DNA from: an uncultured Actinomycetota bacterium
GTDB taxonomy: Bacteria; Actinomycetota; Actinomycetes; Mycobacteriales; Pseudonocardiaceae
Direction of reading: 5' to 3'
Length of the DNA stretch: 64,000 nucleotides
Assembly (NCBI GenBank): GCA_963823755.1
Contig: CAWGMP010000026.1
Span: forward strand, 12,976-76,975
Part shown: piece by piece, positions 1 to 11,939 of the stretch
Layout of the letters: every line of letters begins with the position of its first letter
How positions within the stretch are numbered: position 1 is the stretch's first letter
Program-made: the position numbers and the translations under genes
Notes under the pieces: generated by a model
Told to the model about the DNA's origin: nothing
Seen by the model: the letters and a program-made list of their open reading frames with translations, nothing else
Databases searched by the model: none

Positions 1-82
1 CTGCGTTGCACGGTAAGAACGGATTGTGACAGGCACATTTCACGTTTGAGTCAGCACGATTACGTATCACCTTTTCGAGTGG

Positions 83-108
83 TTTTATGACCACTGAAAG
101 TCATAAAA
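83..108 (-). terminator. AT-rich hairpin downstream of the peptidase gene (possible terminator or operator)
   Basis: Perfect 9-bp inverted repeat TTTTATGAC-N8-GTCATAAAA, about 35 bp past the minus-strand stop at 141, in a locally low-GC stretch. Confidence 0.3.
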
Positions 109-140
109 TGCGGCGAAAATCTGGGGAATCTCCTGATCTG

Positions 141-755
141 TCACATGGGAGGGTGCAACACCACCAGCCAAGCAGCCGCGAGCATCGCCGGGCCATGGGG
201 CACGTCGCGGTAACCGAACAACCGTGCCGGCCCGGCGACAGCCGCGGTCAACACGGTGGCCGCCAGCACCGCCAGCAGCAATCCTGACCAGGACGTCGCA
301 GCGGTGAGCGCGCCCAGGGTGCCGGCGAGTTTGACGTCGCCGCCACCCAGGGCGCCGGGTGCAACGAGACGGACCGCGGCATAGCCGCCAGCCCAGAGCA
401 CTGCACCGGCGCCGGCGCGCGCCAGTGGCCCGGCGTCACCAGCGCCGATCGCCGCAGCTCCCACCAGGACGGCGACTACCGGATAAGCCGGGAGGGTCAG
501 CGCGTCCGGCAGGCGTCGGGCAACCATATCGGCGCCTCCCAACAGCACACCGGCCCAACCGAGTATCAGGGGAACCGGCCACCACCACACCGGTAGACCC
601 TCGCTCGATCGCGCACTCACCACCGTCCACAGTGCGGCCACTGCCACGGTGCAGACCGGTGCAGGCACCCGGACACCCCGCGGAATCCGGCGCAGCATCA
701 TCGCTCCCCCAGCACCTGCCACTGCTCCCGCCACCGCCGTCCACACACTGCCCAC
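141..755 (-). CDS. prepilin peptidase-like (A24 family) membrane aspartic peptidase
   Basis: 204-aa polytopic hydrophobic ORF with the GGGDVKLAG motif typical of the second catalytic Asp of A24 prepilin peptidases. Confidence 0.6.
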   Translation of the reverse strand: MGSVWTAVAGAVAGAGGAMMLRRIPRGVRVPAPVCTVAVAALWTVVSARSSEGLPVWWWPVPLILGWAGVLLGGADMVARRLPDALTLPAYPVVAVLVGAAAIGAGDAGPLARAGAGAVLWAGGYAAVRLVAPGALGGGDVKLAGTLGALTAATSWSGLLLAVLAATVLTAAVAGPARLFGYRDVPHGPAMLAAAWLVVLHPPM

Positions 756-896
756 GTCGGGGAGTGTGACCGGTACCCAGCGCGGATACCGCCGCAGCGG
801 ACACCGGCTGTGGATAGCAGGGGTGGGTGGGGACAGATCCTTCGCCGTGCGAGCTCTCAGGAGCCCTTCCGGGAGCCTTCAGTGGATGCTGAGCGG

Positions 897-2135
897 CTAG
901 AACACACCGCGAGCTGCCGCGTCGCGCACCGCCGCGTCGTGCTCCTCCCTCGTCACCGAGAAGCACGACGCCCCGTCCTTCTGGCATTTCACGAAGTACC
1001 GCCACGGTCCCGGCTCCGGATTCAACGCGGCGGATATGGCCGCCGCACTCGGCGACCCGATCGGCGATACCGGCAGCCCGACGTTGAGGTAGGTGTTGTA
1101 CGGGCCAGGCCGGGCGCGGTCGACGTCGGACGTGTTGACTTCCTGCTGGTCCAACGGATAGTTGATCGTGGAGTCCATCTGGAGTGGCATCTCGGCGCCA
1201 AGCCGGTTGTAGATGACTCGTGAGACCCGGCGGAAGTCCGGGGTGATCGCCTCCCGCTCGATCACCGAGGCGATCACCAGCACCTGGTAGGCGGTGTAAC
1301 CGGTGCCCGTGACGGAGGCGGGGAAGCCACCCGCCAACAGCCGCGCCACGGACGTGCTCGTGACCTGCTGCAACAGCTCCACCGCTGAACTTCCCGGGCG
1401 CACATCGTAGTCTCCGGGGACCAACAAGCCCTCTAGGCGTCGACGAGGTTCGACCCTCGACATCGGATCGGCGGCCCAGTGGGGTACCGCGAGCTGACCG
1501 AGATCGGTCTGGCCCATCGCAGTACGAAGATCCTCGGGGCGTACGCACGTGCTCGTCGCCCCGATCATCGCGCAACTGGCTCGGGAGATCTCGGTGAGCA
1601 GTCCCGGCACGGTTTTTCCGCCGGGCAGCTCGACATTGTCAAGCTGCTCGCCACCGCGAATCTCCAGATGTCCGACTCAAGCCGCCGGTTGCTGCAGCCC
1701 GGCCACCGCGGCTGAGCCGGACATTCGCTGCCGCAACTGGTAATAGCCGGGCTGCACGGCCCGGACCCGGGGGTCGGCCTCAGCCGCGAGAGTGAAGGCC
1801 CGGACGCTGGCAACAACGTTGCGTTGTACCAGATTGGCGGCGATCGCGGTGAGGCTCTGGCCGTCCTCGACCTGCACGACGGCTTGGGTATCACCCGCTC
1901 CGACGAAGTCAGGTGCCTCCCGCAACGCCTGTAGCTTGCGCACTCCGAACATAGCGCCGCCGATCGCCAGCACGAGCACGGCCAGTACGGTGCCAAGCAC
2001 GACCCGTCGCCGACGCCGCTCTCGGACCCGGCACCGCACCCGTCGACTGTCGGTGCGCTGCGGCGAGAGAGGCTGCTCGGCGTCCATAGCCTCAGCATCC
2101 TCAGCGTTCTGGAACAGGCCGAGGTCGTCGGTCAT
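897..2135 (-). pseudogene. mltG: endolytic murein transglycosylase MltG (YceG-like), interrupted by an in-frame TGA at 1677..1679
   Basis: ORFs 1677..2372 and 897..1610 are in the same frame. The upstream part has the N-terminal TM helix and YceG N-domain (start ATG 2135, MTDDLGLF). The downstream part has the YceG catalytic end (NTYLNVGLP...RYFVKC). A single TGA separates them. Confidence 0.8.
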
Positions 2136-2166
2136 GGCGCCTCCGCAGGACCATGTGCGCCGGTGG

Positions 2167-2655
2167 TCACCTCGCCGCCTCCGCAGGACCACGTGCGTCG
2201 AGCCAACCCTGCAGGATCTCCACCGCAGCGGCCTGGTCGACCACCGCCCGCTGCTTGCGGCCGCGGATGCCCCGCTCGGCGAGCACGCGGGTGGCCGAGA
2301 CGGTGGTGAGGCGCTCGTCGGTGAGCCGAACCGGAACACCGTCACCCAGCCGGCCAGCCAACGCCCGGGCATACTCCACTGCTGCCTGCGCCGCTGGTCC
2401 GTGCCACCCGGTCAGGGTCCGCGGGAGCCCGACCACCACCTCAACCACCTCGTGCTCAGCCACCAACGCCGCCAACGTATCGAGGTCGGTACCCCCGGAC
2501 CGGTCACGTTTCAGGGTCACCAGGGGCGTCGCGAGCACCCCGGACGGATCCGACAACGCCACCCCGACCCGCACCTGACCGAAATCGACGCCGAGGCGGC
2601 GGCCAGGTCTGGGATCGGGCCCGCCATCAGGACACCCTGGATCAGAGCCAGTCAT
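2167..2655 (-). CDS. ruvX: Holliday junction resolvase-like / pre-16S rRNA nuclease RuvX (YqgF)
   Basis: 162 aa with the N-terminal [15 protein letters not shown] motif. Lies in the conserved position between alaS and mltG. Confidence 0.85.
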   Translation of the reverse strand: MTGSDPGCPDGGPDPRPGRRLGVDFGQVRVGVALSDPSGVLATPLVTLKRDRSGGTDLDTLAALVAEHEVVEVVVGLPRTLTGWHGPAAQAAVEYARALAGRLGDGVPVRLTDERLTTVSATRVLAERGIRGRKQRAVVDQAAAVEILQGWLDARGPAEAAR

Positions 2656-2664
2656 CAGAGCCGG

Positions 2665-5349
<2,685 letters not shown>

Positions 5350-5425
5350 GGGTCTTCCTCAAGAAGCGGGTCGATGCGCGTTGCGGGCGGCGCGAAGTGC
5401 TCCTGCCGCGGGGGCGGCACCAATA

Positions 5426-5677
5426 CTACTGCCGCGGCGCGACGTCCATTCCACTACGCTGCGCAACGGTGGCGCGCAGCTCCGCCTCTCGCTGGGCCAT
5501 CCCGGCTCGCACCTCGACACCGAAGGAACCAACCGCGGCCGCCAGTTCTCGAACCGCATCACCCACGTTCTCGGCTACGCCTGCGGGAGTCATCCGATGG
5601 GCGGCATTGCGAGCTTTGCGGCTGGCCGCAATCCCGGCAGCAATACCCAGACCGAACCAGAGCATCCGCTTCATCAT
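5426..5677 (-). CDS. small membrane protein of unknown function
   Basis: 83 aa with an N-terminal TM helix (MLWFGLGIAAGIAA). Its start overlaps the stop of the upstream DUF948-like gene (ATGA coupling). Confidence 0.55.
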   Translation of the reverse strand: MMKRMLWFGLGIAAGIAASRKARNAAHRMTPAGVAENVGDAVRELAAAVGSFGVEVRAGMAQREAELRATVAQRSGMDVAPRQ

Positions 5678-6084
5678 TTACCCCCGCTCCGTCGCCGCCC
5701 CCGCGGCCGACGTGCGGACGCATCGCCCTTGCTGCTCCGGCGGCGGCTACGCATCGCCTTGCTCACGCCATAGGACAGCGCCGCCACCCGCACCAAAGGC
5801 CCTCCCAGCGTCGCGGTGAACAGGGAGGTCAGCGCCGACACGTTGCCGGTCACCGCCTGAGCGTTCGCGGTGATCCCGTCCAGCCGCTCCAACTGGGCGT
5901 TGACCTGAGTGACGGTGGTGTTCGCGCCGCTGAACAGCGGATCGGCATCTTCACTGGCCTTGCGGATCGCCAGCGTCACCTCATCCAGGGTGCGGCCCAG
6001 CTTGATCAGTGGCACAGCCAGCAGGCCGACCAGCACAACGAATGCACCAGCGGCAACTAGCGCAGCGATCTGACCTGCCGACAC
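5674..6084 (-). CDS. DUF948-like membrane-anchored coiled-coil protein
   Basis: GTG at 6084 is preceded by GAGGAGG. The protein has an N-terminal TM helix (IAALVAAGAFVVLVGLLAV), then a helical region and a basic tail. The longer ORF start at 6141 lacks an RBS. Confidence 0.6.
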   Translation of the reverse strand: MSAGQIAALVAAGAFVVLVGLLAVPLIKLGRTLDEVTLAIRKASEDADPLFSGANTTVTQVNAQLERLDGITANAQAVTGNVSALTSLFTATLGGPLVRVAALSYGVSKAMRSRRRSSKGDASARRPRGRRRSGGK

Positions 6085-6201
6085 GTGCCCCTCCTCGCCG
6101 ATGGTAGTAGTCGACCGGTCGCGACGACCTGCGCGCCGCACCGGTGATGGGTCGACAGGCTACCGCGCAGCGTCGAGGTCCGAGCACCCCGGATATCCCT
6201 T

Positions 6202-6220
6202 TGTAGTTAGCCTCTCCTAA
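6202..6220 (+). promoter_or_regulatory. candidate IdeR/DmdR-type iron box upstream of the decarboxylase/IucA-IucC operon
   Basis: TGTAGTTAGCCTCTCCTAA matches the remembered 19-bp iron-box consensus TWAGGTWAGSCTWACCTWA at about 14 of 19 positions. It sits about 40 bp upstream of the GTG start at 6261. Confidence 0.35.
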
Positions 6221-6260
6221 ACGATGGACCGCTGAACTGCCGACCCGCTTCGGAGGATTC

Positions 6261-7820
6261 GTGATTCCGGCCGCCACGGCTCCGTACCAACCCGCGATCA
6301 CGTCCGGCGACGACGGCGACGCGCAGGCCATCCCACCCAGCGCATTGGCCGGCAGCAGGGAGGGTCTGAACGAACTCGCCACGCTGGTCGCCCGCATCGT
6401 GCACGGCGCGCTCACTGTGACCCGCTCAGCCGGCCCGTTACCGCCCGGCGCGCCGCATGAGGTCCTCGCCGCCGCCCGCGATCTCCTCGGGCCGGCTGCG
6501 CTGCCCGAGTACGGCACCGGCGCTGACGATGCATTGCACCGGCTGGCCACGGTGTTGACCCGGCACGGGCTGGACCTGTCCCACCCGCACGCCGCCGCGC
6601 ATCTGCAACCCCCGCCGCTGGCCGTCGCGGTCGCGGCAGACGCGCTGGCCACCGCCGGCAACGCCTCGCTGGACACCTACGACTCCGGACCGGCCACGCT
6701 CGCCGTCGAGGGCTGGGTGGTCGACGTGCTCATCCGGATGGCTGGGTTGGGCGGCGATGCCGGTGGGGTGTTCACCCCCGGTGGATCGATGTCCAACCTG
6801 CTGGCGCTGCTGCTGGCCAGGGAGCACGCTGCGGCCCGGTGTGGGGTGGACACCCGCCGCGACGGCGTGGCCGGACTGCCGAGGCCGGTGGTGTTGGCCA
6901 GCGAGGTGGCGCACTTCTCGGTGCAGCGCGCCTGCGCCACCCTCGGTCTCGGCGAAGCTGCGGTACGTCCGGTCGCAGTCGACCATCATTACCGGATGCG
7001 GCCCGAGGCGCTGGCGGCGCAGCTGGCACAGCTGGCACAGCTGAGTGCGGACACCATGGCGGTGGCGGTGGTGGCCACCGCGGGCACCACCGACTTCGGC
7101 TCCGTCGACCCGCTGCCCCAGATCGCCGCCTTGGCCGCCGAACACCGGGTGTGGCTGCACGTCGACGCGGCCTACGGCTTCGGTGCGCTGTTCTCCGAGC
7201 GGATGGCCCCGCTGCTGGCCGGTCTCGGCGCCGCCGACTCGGTCACCCTGGATCTGCACAAGATCGGTTGGCAGCCTGCCTCGGCCAGTGCGGTGCTGGT
7301 TCGCGACGCCGCCCGGTTCGCTCCGCTGGACAGCCCGGTCGCCTACCTCAACCCGGTCGATGACACGCTGGCCGGCTACGGCGGGCTGCTGGGGCGCAGT
7401 CTCCAGACGACTCGCCGGGCCGACACCGTCAAGGTGGCCGCCACGTTGCTGGCCCACGGTCGTCTCGGGCTGGGCAGGATGGTCGACGCCTGTCACGATC
7501 TTGCCCGGCACGCACAGCGGCGGATCGACACCGAGCCCACACTGGAGCTGGTGTCCCCAGCTCAGCTCAGCACTGTGGTGTTCCGCTACCGCGGATCCCG
7601 ACCAGGTAGCGACAGCATGCTCAACGCCGCGCTGCGGCGCCGGCTGCTGCACAGCGGACGCGCCCTGGTCGGCCGCACGGAGGTGCGGCTCGACGGGCCC
7701 GCCGCACCACCCTCGGTATGTCTCAAGCTCACTTTGCTCAATCCCACGGCCCGACCACAGGACATCGACACACTGCTCGAGGCGGTGCTCGCCGCAGGCC
7801 ACGATGAGGAGAACTCGTGA
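6261..7820 (+). CDS. PLP-dependent group II amino-acid decarboxylase (diaminobutyrate/ornithine/lysine decarboxylase-like)
   Basis: 519 aa with the GGSMSNL motif, the PLP-lysine context SVTLDLHKIGWQP and the AGTTDFGSVDP motif. Its stop overlaps the next start (GTGA). Confidence 0.8.
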   Translation: MIPAATAPYQPAITSGDDGDAQAIPPSALAGSREGLNELATLVARIVHGALTVTRSAGPLPPGAPHEVLAAARDLLGPAALPEYGTGADDALHRLATVLTRHGLDLSHPHAAAHLQPPPLAVAVAADALATAGNASLDTYDSGPATLAVEGWVVDVLIRMAGLGGDAGGVFTPGGSMSNLLALLLAREHAAARCGVDTRRDGVAGLPRPVVLASEVAHFSVQRACATLGLGEAAVRPVAVDHHYRMRPEALAAQLAQLAQLSADTMAVAVVATAGTTDFGSVDPLPQIAALAAEHRVWLHVDAAYGFGALFSERMAPLLAGLGAADSVTLDLHKIGWQPASASAVLVRDAARFAPLDSPVAYLNPVDDTLAGYGGLLGRSLQTTRRADTVKVAATLLAHGRLGLGRMVDACHDLARHAQRRIDTEPTLELVSPAQLSTVVFRYRGSRPGSDSMLNAALRRRLLHSGRALVGRTEVRLDGPAAPPSVCLKLTLLNPTARPQDIDTLLEAVLAAGHDEENS

Positions 7821-9622
7821 CATCCGATTGCGTCCCTCCGGGCGCCGACCCGTTGCAGACCGGCTCGCCTCGCGCGGCCGCTGAGCACGCCCATCTCGAG
7901 GCCCTGCTGCGCTGCTGGACCCGGGAGACCGGGATACCGGTGCAGCCGGGACCACTGCACGTCGCGCTACCGGCCACCGGGCTGACCCTGGTCACCGACG
8001 TCCGGTACGCGTCGATCACCGGATGGCACCGGTTCGGGCCGGTGCGGCTGCGCCGTGCCGACGGTGCCGACGCCGGTCCAGCGGATCCGGTGCTCGCCGT
8101 CGCACTGGTCGCCACCGAGGCCATCGCCCGTGGCGGGGCTCTTTCCGGCGGCATCCCGTCCGGCGAGCTGGCCGACCTGGTCGAGCGGACCGCGGACTCG
8201 CTGCGGCGGGTGGAGACATTCCTGTCCGGCCCTGGGACCGTGAGCGACGCAGCGCCACCGCTCGACCCTTTTCTCGATGCCGAGCAGGCGCTGCTGCTGG
8301 GTCACCTGCACCACCCGGCACCCAAGAACCGGGACGGGATCACGCCTGCCGAGGCCGCCGCGTGGTCGCCGGAACTGCGCGGATCGTTCCGGCTGCACTG
8401 GTTCGCCGCCGACCCCGCTGTGGTGTCGCAGGACGCGGTGACCGACTCCCCCGCGCTGCGCGGCCGGGACACCGCCGCGTTGTTCGTCGATCTCGCCGAG
8501 GTCGCCGACACCGATGGGCGGATCCTGGTGCCCGCCCACCCTTGGCAGGCGCGCGACGCCCTGCGCCGTCCCCGGGTGGCCGCCCTGATCAAGGCCGGTC
8601 TGCTGGAACCGCTCGGGGAACGCGGGGCGCCGTGGTATCCCACATCCTCGGTGCGAACCGTTTACCGGCCCGGCACGGAGGTGATGCTCAAGTTGTCATT
8701 GGGACTGCGGATCACCAACTCGCGGCGCGAGTTGACCCGTAAGGAGCTGCGCCGGGGTGTGGAGGTGCATCGCCTGCTGGATTCCGGCTACCTGGCGGCC
8801 ACCACTGCTGCGCACCCGTCCTTCTCGATCGTCCGGGACCCCGGCTGGCTCGCCGTGGACGAGCCACAGCGCGCCGGCGGACCGAAGCTCACCGGCCTGG
8901 ACGTCGCCGTGCGCGAGGTACCCGAGCAGGTCTCGCAGTTGCGGACCCTGGTGGGTCTGGTCGCCCCCCGGCCGCAGCACGGGTTGTCCCGGCTGGGCGA
9001 ACTGGTGGCCACCGGTGGGCTGGATCCCACGGCCTGGGTGGTCACCTACACCGACAAGGTGCTGGTGCCGATGCTGCACCTCTACGCCGCCACCGGGATC
9101 GGTGTCGAAGCCCACCAGCAGAACACCCTGGTACGGCTTGCCCCGGACGGCCAGGTCACCGGTGGGGCGTTCCGGGACAACGAGGCCTACTCGCTGGCTG
9201 CGTCGCGCCTGCCCGAGCTGCTGCGAACGCGTGGAACCACGGAGACCGCGCTGGCCGTGGTCGACGACCGGATCATCGAAGACCGGCTGTCCTACTACCT
9301 GCTGCGCAACCAGGTCCTTGCTGCGGTGGGCTGCCTCGCGGTGGACGGGCTGGCCGGTGAACCAGAGCTGGTGGATGCCGTAGCCGACCGGCTGCGCGCC
9401 GCACTTCCCGGGCTCGCGGCGGCCGGGCCAGACGGTGACCGGCTAGCCCGGCGATGGCTGACCGAACCCACTTTGCCGTGCAAGGGCAACCTGTTCACCC
9501 GCCTGCACGGCATCGACGAGGTCAGGGCCCCCCTAGACGCCCAGTCCGTCTACCTCGACGCCCCCAACCCGCTGCTTTTCCCCGACATGGGGACATATCG
9601 GGCTGAATCGCGCTCGGATTAG
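7817..9622 (+). CDS. IucA/IucC family NIS siderophore synthetase
   Basis: 601 aa with the hallmark HPWQ motif (LVPAHPWQARDAL), KLSLGLRITNSRR and EAHQQN motifs, and a C-terminal FhuF-like region. Confidence 0.85.
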   Translation: MTSDCVPPGADPLQTGSPRAAAEHAHLEALLRCWTRETGIPVQPGPLHVALPATGLTLVTDVRYASITGWHRFGPVRLRRADGADAGPADPVLAVALVATEAIARGGALSGGIPSGELADLVERTADSLRRVETFLSGPGTVSDAAPPLDPFLDAEQALLLGHLHHPAPKNRDGITPAEAAAWSPELRGSFRLHWFAADPAVVSQDAVTDSPALRGRDTAALFVDLAEVADTDGRILVPAHPWQARDALRRPRVAALIKAGLLEPLGERGAPWYPTSSVRTVYRPGTEVMLKLSLGLRITNSRRELTRKELRRGVEVHRLLDSGYLAATTAAHPSFSIVRDPGWLAVDEPQRAGGPKLTGLDVAVREVPEQVSQLRTLVGLVAPRPQHGLSRLGELVATGGLDPTAWVVTYTDKVLVPMLHLYAATGIGVEAHQQNTLVRLAPDGQVTGGAFRDNEAYSLAASRLPELLRTRGTTETALAVVDDRIIEDRLSYYLLRNQVLAAVGCLAVDGLAGEPELVDAVADRLRAALPGLAAAGPDGDRLARRWLTEPTLPCKGNLFTRLHGIDEVRAPLDAQSVYLDAPNPLLFPDMGTYRAESRSD

Positions 9623-9640
9623 CCCGATATGTCCCCATGT
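9585..9640. terminator. long hairpin between convergent genes (bidirectional terminator candidate)
   Basis: Perfect 20-bp inverted repeat ACATGGGGACATATCGGGCT / AGCCCGATATGTCCCCATGT with a 16-nt loop. It spans the last codons and stop of the IucA/IucC gene and ends 9 bp before the rarA stop. Confidence 0.45.
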
Positions 9641-9648
9641 GGGAAAAA

Positions 9649-11008
9649 TCAGTGGCCGCGGATGACCCGGCGGAGCCGGGTCATCCGCTCGGCGAGGGCG
9701 CGTTCGGCGCCGTGGGCGCTGGGTTCGTAGTAGTTCCGTCCGACCAGGGCATCCGGGGGGTACTGCTGGGCCACCACGCCGTCGGGCACGTCGTGCGGGT
9801 AACGGTAGCTCTGCGCGTGACCAAGACGCGCAGAGCCCGCGTAGTGCCCATCGCGAAGATGCGCCGGGACTGCTCCGGTGGACCCAACCCGGACGTCGGC
9901 CAGGGCCGCGTCGATCGCGGTGATCACCGCGTTGGACTTGGGTGCGGTGGCCAGGTGCACCGTGGCCTGGGCCAGCGCGAGCCGGCCCTCGGGCATCCCG
10001 ATGAACTGCACGGCATGGGCCGCGGCCACCGCCGTCTGCAGCGCCGTCGGGTCAGCCATCCCGATATCCTCGCTGGCGTGCACGACCAACCGCCGTGCGA
10101 TGAACCGCGGGTCTTCACCCGCCTCCACCATCCGCGCCAGGTAGTGCAGCGCCGCGTCCACATCGGATCCCGCGGATGGCCTTGATGAACGCACTGATCA
10201 CGTCGTAGTGCTGGTCCCCGGCCCGGTCGTAGCGCACCGCGGCCTTATCCACCACGCGCTCGACGCAGGCCAGGTCCACCTCGGAGCCACCCACTGAGGT
10301 GACCGCCTCGGCAGCGGTCTCCAGTGCGGTCAGTGCGCGCCGGGCGTCCCCAGCGGCAAGCCGCACCAGGTGTTCCTCGGCTGCGGGATCCACCGTGATC
10401 GACCCGCCGAACCCGCGCGGGTCGGACAGTGCACGCCTGATCAGCGTTCGCACGTCGTCATCGGACAACGGATGCAGCTGCAGTACCAGTGAGCGCGACA
10501 GCAGCGGCGACACCACCGAGAAGAACGGGTTCTCCGTGGTCGCGGCGACCAACAGGACAACCCGATCCTCGACGGCACCGAGTAACGCATCCTGTTGGGT
10601 GCGGGAGAAACGGTGTACCTCGTCGATGAACAACACGGTGGCGTCCCCGCCCTCCCGGCCCAATCGGCGACGCGCGGCGTCGATCACCGCGCGGACTTCC
10701 TTCACCCCGGCCGACAGCGCCGACAGCGCCTCGAAGCGCCGCCCGGTCACCTGCGAGACCAGCCGGGCCAGCGTGGTCTTCCCGGTCCCCGGCGGGCCGT
10801 ACAGGATCACCGACACCGCTGAGCCACCTTCGACCAACCTCCGCAGCGGGCTGCCGGGCGCCAGCAGATGGTCCTGCCCGACGACCTCCTCCAGCATGGC
10901 CGGCCGCATCCGAACCGCGAGCGGTGCCGAGGCGGACAACCGCTGCTCGGCGCGATCCTCAGCCTGCACAGCAAACAGGCCCTCATCGAAAAGGGCGTCG
11001 CTACTCAC
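9649..11008 (-). pseudogene. rarA: replication-associated recombination protein A (RarA/MgsA AAA+ ATPase) with a 1-nt frameshift near 10165..10175
   Basis: The N-terminal ORF (GTG 11008) carries Walker [12 protein letters not shown] and FIDEVHRF. The C-terminal MgsA_C part ([27 protein letters not shown]) continues in another frame. The junction ...AFIKAIRG|SDVDAAL is restored by removing one base in CGCGGGATCC. Confidence 0.85.
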
Positions 11009-11012
11009 ACCT

Positions 11013-11846
11013 CTACCTGCCACACTGCGACGGTACCGTCGCCGGCCGACCGAACATGTCCCGCAGCACCAACGCGGCGACGTGCGGTAGCAGGTCGCGG
11101 CCACGCCGCACCAACCACGGCACGCCGTGGCAGACCAGCCAGGCGGCGTGGTGGGCGGCGCTCAGCTGCCGGCCCCCCGAGCAGGTCAGGTCGACTGAGT
11201 AGGGCACCGTGATGCCGGCACCGGCGAGCAGGCCGGCAAAACCGGAGGCGAGCATCCGATGCCCGCACTCGGAGGGATGGAGACGGTCGACGCTCCACGC
11301 CGCAGTGTCGTAGGCACCGGGCATCAGGTGCAGATCCAGGCACAACGCGCCGCGCCGGGCCACCACCTGATCGGTGGCATCGTTGAGCTGCCCGATCCGG
11401 AGGCGCAGCACTCTGCCCAGGGGTCCGGGCAACCGGAACACCTGTCCGTGATCGTGGAACCGGGCCGTCAGCACCACGGCACCACCGGCCTGCAACGCGG
11501 TGATCGTGAGATCAAGGTCGTCACGCAACGCGACGGGATCGAAGTCCGAGCGCAGCGTGTCGTTCATGCCGGCCAGGATCACCGCGACATCGGGTCGCGC
11601 CGCCACCGCACCGGGCAGCTGACGGTGCGGTAAATCAGCTATCCGCGCACCGATACCGGAGACGTTGAGGTAGCGAACTTCCGCTGGGGCGCCGAGGGCC
11701 GCAGCCAGCAACGGACCGAAGCCACGCCAGCCGCCAGCAGGCAACGGATCACCCACACCGACCGCGGTGGAATCACCGAGTACGGCCAGGCTCGCGACGC
11801 GACGGCACATCGGATGGGGAACGACGGGGAGCGTTTCCACAGCCAC
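11013..11846 (-). CDS. SGNH/GDSL family hydrolase
   Basis: 277 aa with an N-terminal block I GDS motif ([14 protein letters not shown]), a GMNDT block and a C-terminal DRLHPS block. Confidence 0.7.
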   Translation of the reverse strand: MAVETLPVVPHPMCRRVASLAVLGDSTAVGVGDPLPAGGWRGFGPLLAAALGAPAEVRYLNVSGIGARIADLPHRQLPGAVAARPDVAVILAGMNDTLRSDFDPVALRDDLDLTITALQAGGAVVLTARFHDHGQVFRLPGPLGRVLRLRIGQLNDATDQVVARRGALCLDLHLMPGAYDTAAWSVDRLHPSECGHRMLASGFAGLLAGAGITVPYSVDLTCSGGRQLSAAHHAAWLVCHGVPWLVRRGRDLLPHVAALVLRDMFGRPATVPSQCGR

Positions 11847-11939
11847 CCAACGATGATCACCTGGTGGGGCTCACCACCGGTGAGCAACTGATGACATGTC
11901 AAGGACGGCTTCGCAAACGATCGGTGCCACTCGCGCCCG

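Noticed and set aside
755-897. Possible missing aroE between mltG and the peptidase gene, relative to the remembered actinobacterial synteny.
   Set aside because: Gene order downstream of mltG varies among actinomycetes. The 141-bp gap shows no gene fragment, so this is not evidence of a deletion.
1677-1679. The in-frame TGA in mltG as selenocysteine or programmed read-through.
   Set aside because: There is no SECIS-like hairpin immediately downstream that I can see. MltG is not a known selenoprotein, and the aligned position is not a redox Cys. A nonsense mutation or a base error is far more likely.
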